NCBI RefSeq assembly: GCF_009914755.1
Contig: NC_060934.1
DNA from: the human T2T-CHM13v2.0 reference genome, Homo sapiens
DNA length: 64,000 nucleotides
Direction: 5' to 3' (one strand)
Made by a program: the position numbers and the translations under genes. The stretch's first letter is position 1. Each line of letters opens with the position of its first letter. Below the pieces are notes generated by a model, which searched no databases, was not told the DNA's origin, and saw only the letters and a program-made list of their open reading frames with translations. Below, piece by piece: positions 38,851 through 52,795 of the stretch.

Positions 38851-40297
38851 AGACTTTTCAAGATAAACTTAGGAAGGCGTCTACCACACCAGGTGTTGAT
38901 TAATTTCATGGGTCTTTCTAGGTCCTGGTTGAACCTCAGTGTCCCTATTCTTTGTAGCCACGGCTTCACCTTCTCTGGCTCCATGACACAGAGTGTTCAC
39001 GAGGGACATCGCTTCTAAAAGATGCCCTCTCTCCTGTACAAGGCTTGGAGTGGTGTAAAATTCTAATATATAATTCTCCAAGGGAACTGCCAAAGCCTTT
39101 TCCGTGGGAGTTTGTGCCATGGTGCCACTGCAGGGTAGGGTCATTTTGAGGAACAAGGCATGTGCTTGTCTTGCACAGAGCAGCTGCCCTGGACCAGCGT
39201 TCCTGGGGGTCAGCAGGCATCTCACAAGGCTGTCCCACCGCCACTGCCTCCACTGTCCCACTCTCACCGCTGACCTCCCTCTCTCCCATTTCCAAGCACC
39301 TGCCTCCCTTTCTCCTCCCTGCTTTCTCCTTTCCCTCTTCTTAAGGGAACTCTTGAGAACCTAATCGGCAGTCTTTCAAGGGATCTGTCCTAGAGTGGGC
39401 TGCAGAGCCTGAGGAGCGAGGCCATTTGGAGTGTCCCAGGCCCCCGAGGCCTCAAGGCCATCTGCCTGGCTGCAGTGCAGCCCACAGATGACCTGGGCTC
39501 ATGGAACCAGCCAGGAAGGCCACCGTCTCCGGGTTCTGTGTCAGTGTCTGGGGTGGCCCACACCCCAGCCCGGCACTCCTGCAGTACCCGCTGGCTCGTT
39601 GTGTTCCTGGGCGCTTCTGGTCTTGCTCTCCTCGGGAGGTGGGCACCTTGCCAGCACAGGGCCCTGGGTGTTTCCAAAGGTGGGAGACAGGCGAGGAGGC
39701 AGCACTCGCCTGGACTTCCCTGGAGTCCGCCCGGCCCATGCAGCACCCGGGGCTCTGCAGGGGACCCCACTCCAAAGCAGAATGAGACACACAGGGGTTT
39801 TCTGATGGTTGTTTCATCCCCTCAGCTCCTCTTTCTTCAAATCGCCTTTAACCTCAGTCAGAATGCCAGTCTTCGCCAGGTTGGCCCAGTGCCCAGCACC
39901 CTCGCACCCACGCAGAGATTCTGGCGGCACTGCTGAGGCAGGAGTTGGTCCTCCCAGCTGTGGGTGAGCTCTGGTGTGAGCTTTGGTGGTCGCTGGGCCC
40001 CACAGACCCTACTCGCCCAGAGCAGGGGCTGCCTACATCATGAGTGTGTGAGCCACAGTCATGGCCAGAAAGAGCCCACTCCGGAGAGACATGCAGCCTC
40101 TGTCCCCCAGGCCCACTGTGGGGCTCCTTCAAACATGCAGCCACAGGCTTACCCCTAAAGCCCACTGGTTAGGGACATGGCGTGGCTGTGGCTGGAGGGC
40201 TGGGGCTGGGGCTGGTCCCTGTGTCCATGGGAGGTGGAGGCAGGTTCCTGCAGCCCAGCTGCCACGGTGTGCAAGCTGCAACAAAAGCTTGGGTGTT

Positions 40298-40745
40298 TCT
40301 TCAAAAATGTCGATGTCAGACAGGACAAAATGTTGTGAGGACGTTCCAGATAAAAGAAAACTAAAGAGACATGGCAATTAACTGCGATGGACTGAATCCT
40401 GGACTAAAAGAAAAAAAAAATGTTAGAAAGGAGATTACTAGGTTAATTGACAACAAAGGACTGTGAATGAGAGAGTGCTGTGTCCGCATTACACCTCGGA
40501 GCTGGCGACTGCACTGAGGCTGTGTCCCTAATGCTTTCCTCTCAGAAAGTGTATGGGGATGAAAAGCCACAGTGCGTTCATCTCCCCCAACAGTGGCTCA
40601 GAAAATACACAGTTGTAGGCGGAGAAGTCCATGATGACAACATTAACGGTGTCAGTAACAAATCTGGGTGCAGGGTCGATGGGTGTTTGCAGTATTGTTA
40701 TTCTTGCAGTGTTCCTATGAGTTTGAAATTCTTCCCAAATAAGAC
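40298..40745 (+). mobile_element. L1MC-like 3'UTR fragment
   Basis: cttcaaaaatgtc, ttccagataaaagaaaactaaagagacatggcaattaa, ttattcttgcag...gagtttgaaatt. Confidence 0.7.
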
Positions 40746-43700
40746 TCAATGGTTTTAGTTTTACTAAATGGTTATGTTTTCTGGGGCCGAGACATCCTGC
40801 ATTGCTCCCTGGCAAGCTACCCCATGGGTTCCCGAGGACTGTGGAGTTGCAGGTGGCCATGCCACAAAGCAGCCCCTCCACAGGGGACTCAGAGCCTTGG
40901 CCTTGGCGGGTGGCTGCCGAACTGCCCCAAGACTCAAGACAGGGGAGGGGAAGTGAGGGGCACAGTGTGCAGGGATGTCCGCGGATCTGCAGACTGCTCG
41001 AGCTCCTTCCCTGGAAGCCGTGTGTAGACACTAACCTCTTCTTTTTTGTCTTCCTGGCAAGGCAGAGGCAGCTATTGAACAGAGTGGGGCACAGCACTTC
41101 CTTAAGTGTTTGGAACCGGGGAAGCTGAAGACCTGTTGTCTCTCCTCCTTGGCTCCAGAGCCCTCCGATGCCCTTAACGTTTGGATTGATACTCCTCGTT
41201 GGGCCTGTCTTCAATTTGGTTTCAGGCACTTTCCAATAAGTGCATGAAGTGCTCTGGGGCTGAGGAGAGACAGTAAAGAAATCAATACATGTTCATCATC
41301 ATCGCGGCACTTATGAGGGCCGGCTGTCCCTCGGGTCGGCCCACAGAGGTGCATGCTCGCCCGGGCTGCCCTGCTGGTTTTGTGTTTCCCCATGGATGGC
41401 CGACCAGTCTCAATAATGATCAATATCACTTTATCAATGCATCACTATTAACCAGGGTGCTTTAGCCGTCTCGCATTCCTGTCTTGGAAGAGTGCCTTCC
41501 AGACATTGAGATTTACAGTCCAGGGCTGCATATTCATTTCCTTCCCTCTCTGGTGGGGTTCCCAGTCAGGAGGCCCCAGAAACCAGCCCTGCCTTCTAGG
41601 AGTTTATAGTCTGGTAGGGTAAGGGGATGAGGGGGATGGTGGGGAGAAGCAGGGGGAGGGGAGGGATCATGAGCATGCCCTGCAATTACAGAGCTGGTTT
41701 TGGGTTTTAGAAGTTTATGCCAGACTTACTCTGGATATTTTCTGACTTGTTTTGAGGAAGGAGGGTGGTCCCCCTGACCCCAGGAGCTTGAATAAGCATC
41801 CATGAGTTCATATGTGAAAACCAGAGTAGTCGTTATACGTGGACAGCAGTTGACAGTTTCCGAAGCTTGTGCCTGTGTGGACATTGTTCATTTTATGGAA
41901 ACTCACAGTAATCCCAAGAGATGGGCAGAGCAGATGGCAGCCTCCCCACTGTAGAAGAACAGGGAGCCTCTGGGCCCACAGAGCAGCAGGGGCTGAGCCA
42001 GGCGGGTCTCACTCCTCCTGGCTGGGTCACCTCCTGTGTCACCCTGGCTCTATTTTCTGGAGTCAGGGGTTGGACGGGGCCACAGTCAAGGTGATGTGCA
42101 GCCTGCCAGCAGCCCCAGTCCCTCGCGGGCAGCACAGCCAGGAAAGCGAACGGGCTTCCTTTTCCCTCTGCCCCAGCACGGGAGGGCATTCAGGGTGGGA
42201 GGGTGAGACAGGAGATTTCTGTCCTCGCTCTCTTTCCTTCAAGTCTTCAGAAAGTGCCCCCCATGTTTGTAATAGGGTTTGGTTATGTTTGGTGCACAGA
42301 CCCTGCCAATGTCCTTTCCCCAGAGCCCTTTGTGTCCAGCAGTGGGTCACACCCAGGCCTTATCCACCGTCGACTCCCTTCACCCTCCAGCCCCTGGGAC
42401 CCCACCATCCCACTTCATATTGTGAAGAGCCCTCTAAGGAAAATAAGCAAGGCTCACTGCCTGCACCTTCCAGGAGGGCATACGGAGCCCCAGAGCGAGT
42501 GTGTGGCTTGCCCAAAATTGCCAAGTGGCTCCTGGCTCGCCACTTCCCCCAGCCAGGCCCTGAGAGGTCGCTGCCCAGGGTTCCCTCATGGGACTGTCTG
42601 TTTCCAGGCTAAGAAGGCTCGCTCACCTGGGTAGCGGTGCTGCCCTTCGAAGGTGTGTGGAACAGGAACAGTGTGCATGAAAGAGCTGCTGTGCTCCAGC
42701 AGCTGGCCTGGGCTTCTCATCCATCTCCCCTGGGGTAGCTAAACCCCTTTCTACTGCCTCTGTCTGTCAACTAAACCCTGAACCCCCACCGGAGCCTCCT
42801 CTCACTCTGCCACCGCCCTGGTCCGTGCCAGGGTCTCTCTTCTGGACCCTGCCCCCTTCTCCCAGTGCTGGCCATCTGCAGTCCCACCCCCTGAGGCCCA
42901 TGCCAACACGGGTATCCAGGAGCACAGAGGGTGCATGCTTTCTGTTTAAAATCCACCACTGGCTTCCAACCAAGCCCCATCCTCAGCAGGGGGAACAGGC
43001 ACCTTGGACATCCCAGTCCCTTCTCCCCATCCCTATCCACATGGCCCCTGTCCCCCAGGGCCTGGAAAGAGTCGCACCAATATTGTCTTCTGAGGGGTGG
43101 GAAAGAGGGGAGCTTCCTCCTGGCCTCAAAATGGACAGTGTTAGGAAGGTCACCGGCAGGGAGCAGGAGCCTGTGATTCCAGTAAACACCTCACTCGAAG
43201 GGGCTTTATGGAGACAAAGGAAACTTCTCCTGGTCATGATGTGGGCTTTTTGACAAACAAGCCCTGCCCCTTAAATAATTGTCCAGATCCTGGTGACAGC
43301 AGATGCACCCCACAGCCGCTGCGAGCTGCTCACTTGACCTGTGACCTCTGACTTCATGTGAGTGAGCACGGGCCACGGTCTGCGGCTTCGGGAGGACCTG
43401 GTTATGGGATGCTATTGACGAGGCATTTATAAATATTTAATCTTCACGTTAAAAATATGGGACAGAAGAACCATTAGTCGCCAACAATAAAAAGGCTCTC
43501 TCTGCTGATTGTTGGGGCAAAAGAAGATCAGGGTAGATTTTGATCAGGCTAAACGACAGTACTGTACGTTGAAAAAAATGTAAATAAGTGCTGTTTCCAA
43601 GGCAGTCATAGCTCAGACCTGTGGTCAAGGATCTAAAACTGGCCTGTCGATTCCACGGAATCTGTGCAAAGTACAGACCATTCATACAAAACAGAATGGA

Positions 43701-45025
43701 TGGTTTATTTACGCCCAGTGCCATTAAGAATGGAGGAGAAAAGTTCAGCCCAGGATAAGAAGCTTAAATCTTGATTTTTTTTCCCTTCCCCCTCTCAAAA
43801 GAATGGGTTCCTTGCATTGTAAATTATCCAACCCTTGTCCTTGGGTTGGCAGCTACTTCAGGCTGGTACGGACATTGCATAATCTTAAATATTGATTCTT
43901 GTTAGACCAAAAAAAAAGTCTGAGAGCACCGAGCTCCCCTGGTCTGCATGTCCAGGAAATCGCCTTGGCTATAGCTCACTTGTGATGGCCCCTGGCCTCC
44001 TGACAGCGAGATCCATTCTGATTAGAAAAGTTCTAAGAGAAAAAGCAATGGTTAGGATCTCCTCTCCATCACAGCAAACACGGGATCGACTTCTGCCTAA
44101 GTGTGAGTCCTCAAGTGCCCCCAGAGCTTTCTGGGCAGAGTAAACCCAAAATGATGCAAAGCCCATCATCCACTCACTCCCTGCAAGTGAAGCTCCCCCG
44201 CTTTGGGCAGTGCTCCCTGCCCCATTGAGGCCTCTCCACACTGGGTGATGGGTGCACGCCTCTGCTGACGCTGGAGGGTTCCCCACTGGTGCTCCTTCCC
44301 CTTTGTCTGTCCCCAAGACAGTGTGGGGCAGAGCTGGAAGTGCTGATATTGTCCATCCCAAGAAATGATGCCTTCATGGGAAGAAACTGATTTTCATAAA
44401 GCCACACTGTGTGGTGTGATGTTTACAGCTCTATACGGAGTCCCCCAGGCACCGAGATAACTAAGGCTTGGGTTTTAGGAGAATGAAGAGAATGGTCTGT
44501 GTAAATCCGTTAGGGTTAAAAAGGAGCCACTTCTCTCTCCCGATGTACAGACCACCTTAGCGCTGGTGGAGGAAGACGGCCAACATCACAAAGAGAACCT
44601 GTGGCCATTTCCCGGGCTCCCAGTTTGAGAAGCGCGACGCCACTTCGGTGACTAAATGCAGAAAGAAACCCGAACCATAAAGTGTGTCTTCAGTTTGGCA
44701 ACTTGTGGTACAATTTCATGAAATGCAATTAATTTTTCTAGTCCTCTGTGGCTACAAGTTTCATTATCTATTATCTAACCAGTCAACTTTGGTTACCTGC
44801 CAGTAGCATCCACGGGAAAGAGACCTCTTGACTGATTTCTTCAGTTTCATGTTGAAAAGCCCTTCCCCTGAAAACTGTTTCTAGTTACTCCAACTGTCAA
44901 TTGAATTATGGTGAAAAACCAAGAGTGTTTGCAAAACGGAGTTATGTGTTAAAATGGTGCAAGGTGCTTCTCATTTAATGCAGATTCGTTTTCCCACTGG
45001 TTTCTTCTTGCTGTGTGTTCTGCAG

Positions 45026-45091
45026 GTCTTGGAAGAAACCATCACACCGAGGTCATTTCTGAGCACAGCGTGGAAGCTCCTATGTTTGCAG
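45026..45091 (+). ncRNA. Candidate 66-nt exon with a non-canonical GC donor
   Basis: Acceptor tttcttcttgctgtgtgttctgcag|G (AG ends at 45025). Donor CAG|GCAAGT (45089-45097), otherwise a perfect match as expected for GC-AG introns. No transcript evidence available. Confidence 0.35.
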
Positions 45092-45502
45092 GCAAGTGAT
45101 TGATTGAAGTTTGGCTAAAAGAAAGCAACAAACCGGGGTCTCGGACTGTGTGAAATTGTAATAGTTAAAGCCTCCTCCCAGTGACCAATCACTGCTGACC
45201 ACACTCTGCAGGCCTCCTGCTCAAACCAGAGATGCCTCATTGAATCCTCAACTGTTATTTGAAGCCACTGGGTTGCCAGGATAGTAAGGGGCCAGTTCCA
45301 CAGGGAGCTTCAGGGCCTGGAACAAAACCTAATGGTCTTGCCCAGTGCCCTTCCAGACCCAATGGGCTGTTTCTGAAGTTTACCTCAATCTACAGAGAAG
45401 GCAAATTACTATTAGATGGCATAGCAGATCCACATTGTGCAAATCAATGGCTTATTTTCAGTTGAGCCTTCTCTGTTCTTTAAAGCAGGCCCCAAAAACC
45501 TC

Positions 45503-45859
45503 TGCTATGGTCTGAATGTGTCCCCCCTCACCAGCCCCAAATTCATATGTTGAAACCCTAACCCCTAAAGTGATGGCATTAAGAGGTGGGCCCTTTTAGG
45601 AGGTGATTAGGTCATGAGGGTGGAGCCCTCAGGAAGGAGATCGGTGCCCTTATTATGAAAGGCCTCAGAGAGCTGCCTTGGCCCTCCCACCCTGGCAGGA
45701 AGGTGCCATCTGCAAACCAGGCAGAGGAGAGACAGTAGATCTGCTGGTGCCTTGACCTTGGACTTCCCGGCCTTAGGAACTGTGAGAAATACAATTCTGT
45801 TGTTTCCAAGCTACCCTATCCATGGGATTTTATGATAGGAGCCCTAACAGCCTAAGACA
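45503..45859 (+). mobile_element. MaLR solo LTR (MLT1A-like)
   Basis: tgctatggtctgaatgtgtcccc...aaattcatatgttgaaaccctaaccc...tctgctggtgccttgaccttggacttcc...ctaagaca. TG..CA ends. 5-bp TSD acctc/gcctc. Confidence 0.9.
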
Positions 45860-48750
45860 GCCTCTTCTGGCAAAGGCTGTTTGGGGGAATAGCAGTCACA
45901 GGTCTGGATGTCAGAGTGATAGTTCATATGTATTGTCAAAGCCTCTATTTCCCACCACGGCCCCCCCGACAGCCTAGCTCCAGTCCCTACCCCGATGAGT
46001 CTAAATGCATGAACTTCTGCCAGACAAAGAGTTCTGGTTAGGGGCTAGCCTTTAGCTGCTACTTTCTTATTTCTCAGCCTTAAAAAACGAAATCAGCGTT
46101 CTTCCTAGGGTTCTGAGTGCCTCACCTTTTATCTCTGTGATCTGCCTCCTCCTGAACCTGCCAGCCCCAGAGCCACAGCAGGGGTGGCTTAGTCTCTCAT
46201 TAACCAGGTTTCCCTCCCATCTCTGCTATTCCTAAAGGTACCATTCAGTGGCCTCTAATGCTCGGACTATCCCTGAGCTTTTATAAAGAAGAAAAATCTT
46301 ATCAGCAGCTTTCCAGTGTTTTCGAGAACTATTTGTGTTTTTTGAGATCTATTTTCTATTTTTATTCTTTATCTCTGTTTCTTCATCTTTGAGTTCCTCC
46401 AGCGACCCTGGCAGGAGGCCGGCCATTGCTAATGATTTACAGTACCTGGGCTTCATCAGTTGCTCTATAACTTCCTCGTTAGAAACTTATTTTTGTCAAG
46501 GAGACACTTTAGCTGCCCATAAAAACTGCCTTTGGAATCGAAATTCCTCTGAAACTCACACAAATGCTTCATTAAATTTCTTTGCTTCTCTGTCTCTTAA
46601 TTTCCCCACGTGGATCAGAACTCGATAGGAGATCGTCTAAAGCCACCCAGTAGCCCCAGAGAGGTAGCTCAGGGCCCTCCAGCACCTCCCATGAGCACAG
46701 CACTTTACAGTTTACAAGCCTCTCCTTGCTCTTGGCAGCAGCCCTCCAGGGCAGGCAGTGATGTCCTCATCTTAGATGAGAAGTCTCTGAGCTGGCATTT
46801 CCTAAGGTCTCTCTGCTCTTCTGAGGGTGACTGGACTCTGACTCGGTCCCAATTCCTCTGCAGTCCATGAGGCAGCTGTCCTGGCTCTTCAGAAGGGATG
46901 GACCTGGGACCAGTCACTTGGAGGAGCCAGAAAGGAGGGGCTGCAGGGACTGAACAGCCTGGTTGCCCAAGGGACCCAGAGCAGAGGGCGGTTGTGGCAG
47001 GTCTTTCTCCTTTCCGAGGCCCTGAGCAGCTCTCTACAGCGTGGCTCGCTGCACCCCCAGACATCTTCCTGCCACATGGAGGGGTCCCTGGAGGCAGGGC
47101 TGACCCGACGCATCTTTGAAGCTCCCCCCATCACCCACATTGATGGGAGAGGCCTGAGCATTGCTGCCAGCTCACCCTGTGTTGAATGATGGTCACACCC
47201 ACCCTACATCTCCCGGGAAGCCAGCACCCCCTCCCCTCTGGGGTGGGCACCCCCTCTGCTGTGCTCAGAGCCCGGCTCCTGCCCACTCCCTGACGTGGAG
47301 TGGTGAGGACAAGCCTTTCCCATAGGCACTGCCACATTTGTGGGGTCCTCTGCCAGCCACCACCACTGCCTCCCCACAGCCACCACAGCCAGCATCCCCA
47401 CCCTCCTGCCGGGCCAGCCGGGACGGGACTCAGCCATGCAGGAGACGGCCCCTTCCCTGGCAGCTTGTGAGCCCCCGGGGGCTGGAATCCTCCTGTGGCC
47501 CCGAGAGGCCTCTGTGCACCAGGCACAGCCTAGAAAGGTCTGGCCTTGTGGGGGTTCTACTGCACCCCTGCCTGGATCCCAGGCATCCCCGGGTGGTGGC
47601 GTTGCAGGTCCTGAGCACTCTGGTCCCTGCTGCCCACACCCACTGCATGGCCAGGAGAGGCTGGAGAGGCTGGGTCAGTGTGGCCACCAGGGCCACTGGA
47701 TTCCTCGAGGCTCCTCCCTCAGGCTGTCCCCGCCCCACTGGACAGGACCAGGGTGGCACCTGGCCAGGAAGGACTCATTGTGATGGCCTTGTCCCGGCTT
47801 CTGCCATCTCCGCACCCTGTAGCCTGAGTCCCACCCTGCCTACACCGTCAGCCTTGGCCCCACGCAGAAGCAGCCGCTTTGATGTTAGAAAGTAGATTCT
47901 GGTGCCTGGGCCTTGGCTTTGCCTGGGGCAAGTGGGACCCACACTTGTCAGGGTGGAGCAGCTTTTCCAAAAACTGGCACTGGACAGAGGCAGTGAGGCC
48001 ACCACTGGAAGGCAACGCCGGGGAAGGGTCGGGCACTGAACATCGTGTGCCTGAGCCCAGTGGCCCCGGAAGGCCCAGGACATTTTGTCCACAGGCACTC
48101 AGGGCTGCCTGCACAGGCCCCAGCTTGCCTTGGGTTTTGGAATATCCTCGGCTGCAGGAGAATGTGGATACCATCATTCACTCCATTTTTCCCAGAAGCG
48201 TGGGCAGCAGGGCAAGCAGTGGGCTTGGGTCCAAGCAAGAACAGGAGCGTTTGCCTCCCCTGGCTGGCAGGTCCTCCTCCTGGCTCACAGGGCTAGCAGG
48301 GAATGGGTGAGCAGCTTAGGTTTGGGCCAAAACCCACCGTGCTCTCCACCCTGCTCCTGTGTTGAAGGAAGGGTTACCTTTTCTTTCCGTGGGTGTTTAC
48401 ATGCTGTATTTACTTTGGGGAAAAGAAAACTAGCATCACCCTATAAGGCCACCCTATAAGGTGAACACTGAAGGTGCAAGTTCTTTTCCAGCCAGCAAAC
48501 AAGGCAAACATCTAGCTTAGTGGAAGGAGCAGCACTACCCAGGTAGGAAGCTCTGTGGATGGAGGGGCCCGATGAGGCTTCCTGGGATTTATTCTGGGGC
48601 ACGTTAATGATGAGACGCTGCTTGCTGGGCCTCAGCCTGGCACTTGCAACGTTCTTCATCTTTTTCTTGTGATCTATGTCTTCTCTACATATTCTCTATA
48701 TATTTCCAATGTATACATTGTGAACATTTTATCCTAGTCTGTGGCATGTC

Positions 48751-49059
48751 TTTTTTTTAATTTAGAAAAAAAAAAATTGTGGATATGGTCTCTCACTATT
48801 GCCCAGGCTAGAGTGCAGTGGTGCAGTCTGGCTTACTGCATCCTTGACCTCTGGGCTGAAGCAATCCTCCTGCCTCACCCTCCCAAGTAGCTGGGACCAC
48901 AGGTGTGTGCTATCACACCCTGCTAATTTTTGTATTTCTTGTAGAGGTTGGTTTTCTCCATGTTGACCAGGATGGTCTCAAACTCCTGGCCTCAAGCTAT
49001 TCGTCTGCCTTGGCCTCCCAAAGTGCTGGGATTATGGGCGTGAGTCACTACACCCAGCC
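48751..49059 (-). mobile_element. AluJ
   Basis: Antisense Alu with J-type ggctgaagcaatcctcctgcctc and ctcctggcctcaagc. Confidence 0.88.
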
Positions 49060-49321
49060 ATAGTGTGTCTTTATACTTTATGGTGTCCTTTGATGAGAAT
49101 TTTTAAGTTTTTATGAAGTCCAGTTTATCAGTTTTTTTCTTTCATTGTTAGTGCTTTTTATGTCCTGCTTAAGAAATCTTTGCCTATCCCAAGTCTATAG
49201 AGATGGTTTCCTATGTGTTTTAGAGAGAGTTTCCTGTGGGTTTTTTCCAGAAGCTGAATAGTTTTAGCTTTTCTCTTTGGGCCAATTATATATCTCAAAT
49301 TAATTTTTTCATATGGTGAGA

Positions 49322-49664
49322 TGATATGGTTTTGGCTGTGTCCCCACCCAGCTCTCACATCTTCAATTCCCATGTGTTGTGGGAGGGACCTGGTGGGAGA
49401 TAATTGAATCATGGGGACTGGTCTTTCCCATGCTGTTCTCATGACAGTGAATGAGTCTCACGAGATCTGATGGTTTTAAAAATGGGAGCTTCCCTGCACA
49501 AGCTCTCTTCTCTTGTCTGCCGCCATGTAAGACATGCCTTTCACCTTCCACCATGATTGGCCTCCCCAGCCACGTGAAACTGTAAGTCCATTAAACCTCT
49601 TTCTTTTGTAAATTTCCCAGTCTTGGGTATGTCTTTATCAGTAGTGTGAAAATGGACTAATATA
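49322..49664 (+). mobile_element. THE1 (THE1A/B-like) solo LTR
   Basis: tgatatggttttggctgtgtccccaccca...gtgaatgagtctcacgagatctgatggtttta...gtccattaaacctcttt...aaaatggactaatata. Confidence 0.93.
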
Positions 49665-50792
49665 TGCAACATAAGTGTCAAGGATTTTTTTCCCATATGG
49701 GTGTCAGTCGCTTTAGAAAATATTTTCTTTTTCCATTGAATTCCATTGGTGCCTTGTCAAAAATCAAATGACTTGATATATGTGAGTCTTTTTCTGGACT
49801 CCTTATTCTGTTCCAGTGATTTGTCTCTCTAACCTTATACCCGTATCACATTGTCTTAATTATTGTTGCTTTTTAGCAGACACAGGATTCTTGGAATTTT
49901 CCATTTCATCATGTGTCTGTTTTGGCAAGTTGTGTTTTACAAAGAATTTGTTCATTTTTTTTCTGTGTTGTCAAACTTCTTAGCATGTGTATTTTTACAA
50001 TGTCCTCTTACTATCCTTTTAATGTTCATCAGGTCTATAGCGGTGTTCCCTTTTCAGCTTTCCTGATCAGTCTTACTGGAGATTTGTCAATTTTGTTGAT
50101 CTTTTCAAAGAACCAGCTTTTGGCTTTTGATCCCTTCAGTGAACTTTTCCACACTGACGGTCACTATGACCTTGGCTCTGCTAATCCCCCAATCCACATG
50201 AGGATGGGTGGACTTAAGTGACCTCTAAGGACCCTCATTACTCAGACAATCCCTGGCTCTGTGAGTCTGTGTCTTTCTTGCTCCCAGTTAAGGTCAGGAT
50301 TAGGACTTGGAGGGTGACAGTTTTGTATCAACTACAGAAGGAAATTCCAGCTGCAGGCCTGCGAGAGGAGATGCCCCATGCCTGCCTCCTGACATCACTC
50401 TGCTCTTGCGGCCATGTTGGTTTCTCTGTGGCCCCAGGACCTTAACACATACTGTTCTTGCTGTGTTTGCAAGACTCACCCCCAACCCCAACTTTGCTTC
50501 ACTAATTCCTTATCAGTTTCCAGAGTAAACCAACACATGATTTCTGGAAGAAAGCCTTCCAGTTTCTCAAACCCCCTCATTCCTGCTGCTGGCCTAGACC
50601 AAGGAAGGCCTTCCCAATTCTGTGTTCTCAAAGGACTGAATAGGTTTCCTGCAAAGCACCTACTGCAATTGCTTTTAAATTGTTATGTAATAAATGAAGA
50701 GACTTAATATGTACCTGAATGGGGCAACTCCATATTTCATCAATAGCCCCCATACTATAAACTCTGTACAGCATCAAACTGATTCTAAAATT

Positions 50793-51097
50793 AGACTGAG
50801 TGCAATGGCTTATGCCTGTAGTTCCAACACTTTGGGAGGCCAAGGTGGGAGGATGGCTTGAGCCCAGCAGTTTGAGCCCAGCCTGGGCAACATGGGGAGA
50901 TTCCATCTCTACAAAAAAAAATGAAAAATGAGCCCAGGGTGGTGGCACACACCTATTGTCCCAGCTACTTGGGAGACCGAGGTGGGAGGATCACTTGAAC
51001 CCAGATTGTCAAAGTTGCACTGAGCCATGATCACACCAGTGTACTCCAGTCTGTACAACAGAGCAAGACCCTCATCTCAAAAAAAAAAAAAAAGAAA
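50793..51097 (+). mobile_element. AluJ
   Basis: ggaggatggcttgagcccag, ggaggatcacttgaacccag, tgagccatgatc; A tail. Confidence 0.9.
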
Positions 51098-51994
51098 GTT
51101 ATATGGAAGAGTAAATGAACAGAAATAGCTGAGAAAATATTAAGATTCTTAGAGGAAGTTTGCTCTTCTAGGAATTAACATATTTTTTAAACTATAAGAA
51201 TTAACAATAGATGGAGTCTAGGCAGGAATTCTCTAAAAGGTCAGTAGAAGGGAATTTAAAAAGAAAAAAGGAATTTAGAAATGAATAATGAGATATTTAA
51301 AATCGGTAGAAAAGATGAGCTGACAACTCAATATATGGTTTGGGGATAATTTGTTCTCCATTTGGAAAAAAATAAAATTAAATTTCTCCGTGTATAAAAC
51401 ATAAAATTAAACCCTAGAGAGATTAAACAACTATAGGCTAAAACTATGAAAACCATCAAAGTACTAAGATAAAGTGTAAGATAATTTTGTTTTTTAATCT
51501 AGGACGGAGAATATTATCCTAAACAAAGAACTAGAAGCCATAAAAGATTGACTTACAGATGGCTGGGGAGGGGTGGGGTCGTTGCACAGGGAGAGAATCC
51601 CAAAGCAAAGTCATTGGCATAGAGAAGATATTTGCAGCACATAAAGAGGCAACCACCATCAAATACAAAGAGCTCCTGCAAATTAACAAACAAAAGACAA
51701 CCCAGTAAAAAATGGGCAAATGATAGCAACAGGCAGTTCACAGAAGAAATACAAAAGCTACATATATGTGTGAGAATATGCTAAAATGTGTAAGTAATTA
51801 GCAAATGTGTATTAAAACAGTAAGATTTTATTATCACCAATCAGATTAGCAAAAATTTTGACTGAAAGTATTCTCACTAGAATGTTTGTCCCACAAGAAC
51901 AGTAAATGTTTGTCTGTTTTATTCTTGGCTAAATTCCCAACACCCAGAACAGTGCTTGGCACCTAATAGGCACTCATTAAATATGTTTTTCATT

Positions 51995-52572
<578 letters not shown>

Positions 52573-52795
52573 CAATAAATATTTTTAAATGAATGAATAT
52601 CTAGTACAGGCGAAGGTGGGGTGAAATAGGGATTTTCTTACATGTTGGTGAATAAGAACATTTGACCGCACCTACCCAAATGTAAAGTATACATTTAACA
52701 AGCCAAAAACCCCACTTCAGGGGCTCTTTCCTGAAGAAACACTGATTAATGCACAAATATACAAGTGCAAGGGTGTTCTCTGTGGCACTTTTTAA

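Larger units (their letters stand above)
48690..50130 (-). mobile_element. Ancient antisense L1M ORF2 fragments hosting AluJ and THE1
   Basis: gtcctgcttaagaaatctttgccta, ccttgtcaaaaatcaaatgac, ttgatcttttcaaagaaccagctttt. Confidence 0.75.
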
